Source: Oikopleura dioica (taxonomy: Eukaryota > Animalia > Chordata). From it: 64,000 nucleotides of DNA. The stretch is from positions 868,001 through 932,000 of the forward strand of contig OU015569.1 of the NCBI GenBank assembly GCA_907165135.1, written 5' to 3'. Positions 62,849-64,000 of this stretch are shown in pieces (positions within the stretch are counted from its first letter, which is position 1; each line of letters starts with the position of its first letter). Both the position numbers and the translations under genes were made by a program. A model generated the notes under the pieces. The model was not told the DNA's origin. It ran no database searches and saw only the letters and a list, made by a program, of their open reading frames with translations.

Positions 62849-63164
62849 ATTTGAATGGAGCATTGAGCAAGTTGAAGTGCTTAAAAAGAAGAAGACGCAG
62901 CGACGTGGGAGACGAGGGCATTCTAACGAGCTAGGAACATCAGCGCTTTTCACCTGCTTCGCGAGGACAGGACTCTCGATAATGAAAATATGGATTTTTG
63001 TGGCTGGCGAGCACGTGCTGAATATTTCACAACTCCGGGAACGCTTCAGTGAGAGTGTTACGGCACGCTTACAGATTTCGAGATTAATTCATTCAGAGCT
63101 TGTTTGATTTTGTCTAACTTCCCTTTTTTTATGAAGATTGAATCCAATAATTAGATTTTAATGA

Positions 63165-63211
63165 TCTTTTAAACCCTGACTCAGGCTTTCTACACAGGTC
63201 GCCGAGCCCAG
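63165..63211. mobile_element. Solo right arm of MITE family A
   Basis: AAACCCTGACTCAGGCTTTCTACACAGGTCGCCGAGCCCAG. Confidence 0.75.
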
Positions 63212-63446
63212 TTGTCGAGTGCAGGTTAGGGTTTGAGCCTTACATGTGGTTTGACTTATCTAAAAAAATAAGGGACAGACGTCTTTTAGAAAGCGCGTTT
63301 GTTGCGAGTAACAAGGCGATCAGGAATTCGAAAATAATCAGAACATGACCCAAAACTCAATCCTTCGTTCCAGCGGTTCAAATCAGCTCCTCTCTCTCAT
63401 ATTCTTACAAATTTTTAAGAAAAACTGCCAATAACACGTTAACGCT

Positions 63447-63986
63447 TGAACGCATATTGCGCAGATTTCTGCGCAGAGCACCTTCCAAGCTCGATAACTC
63501 AACTTTTACTTTATCAAAATTTAAAATGAACACCCACTTTTCGGACTCTTTTTCGATGAGGAATCTAAATCTGTCATCAAAAAAATTTTGTGGCCTCAGG
63601 TTAAAATTTTGGCTTCAGAGCGAAAATTTCCGTCCCTTTTAAATTCTCGAAATTTTCCTTATAAACTGATTCTTTTTTGACGAAATCTGCTAATTTTATT
63701 TTAGTAAAAATAAATCTAAAAGGTATCAAAATGACGATATATTTAAAACTATATCATCTTTTGTATAACAATCGATAAAACTTGAGAAAATGGCATTTTT
63801 TAGGTAATACTTGAAATCACTTGTTTTCGCGAGGTTAAGGTTAGGGTTAGGATTTTAAACTATAATTAGCTTCTTCGCAAGCGTCTGAGCTTCATTTTGG
63901 TAGATTCGGTTTTTTCAAATCTCGACCACAATCGTCGCTACAACGCTCCAAAGGTGCTGCGCAGAAATCTGCGCAATATGCGTTCA
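63447..63986. mobile_element. About 540-bp MITE with 30-35 bp TIRs and an internal TTAGGG run
   Basis: TGAACGCATATTGCGCAGATTTCTGCGCAGAGCACCTT / AAGGTGCTGCGCAGAAATCTGCGCAATATGCGTTCA. Confidence 0.75.
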
Positions 63987-64000
63987 GCAGGAAAAAAATT

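Noticed and set aside
260-63211. Recurrent palindromic repeats as a CRISPR array or bacterial REP elements
   Set aside because: Dispersed, variable in length, with TIRs and 8-bp TSDs in a spliced eukaryotic context; no regular repeat-spacer period and no cas or tnpA genes.
1-64000. Autonomous transposase, tRNA, rRNA or SL RNA genes
   Set aside because: No DDE or reverse transcriptase ORF or structural RNA was recognisable by eye; small RNAs could be missed without covariance-model searches.

Overview
Compact animal genomic DNA, most likely the larvacean tunicate Oikopleura dioica or a close relative. This is an inference from the mostly 40-50 nt introns, very short intergenic gaps, acceptor-like sites just upstream of start codons, TTAGGG motifs and chordate-type genes. 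About 19 genes are recognisable. From the left: a TM+SEL1-repeat gene, a thyroglobulin type-1 repeat gene, a small orphan membrane protein, a C-type lectin-like gene, a two-domain Cu/Zn-SOD, a RING-finger gene, a GPI-type ephrin and an intronless acidic orphan. Then comes a co-oriented minus-strand run of nine genes (GET4, malic enzyme, UTP14, NUP85, CFAP206, SAC3/GANP-like, RNA triphosphatase, RBM12-like, CIB) that looks like a trans-spliced operon, followed by RIF1 and a very large secreted sulfatase. Non-autonomous DNA transposons (MITEs) of at least 8 families are scattered throughout; no transposase gene was found. The strongest signal is three MITE insertions with perfect 8-bp target-site duplications (TSDs) inside coding exons (RIF1, the thyroglobulin gene, the SEL1 gene). 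In each case splice dinucleotides in or next to the TSD would remove the element in frame, exactly in two cases. These are candidate intron-generating (introner-like) insertions. Transposon-driven intron gain is already reported in general terms for Oikopleura. All gene models were spliced by eye and none is supported by transcript data here.
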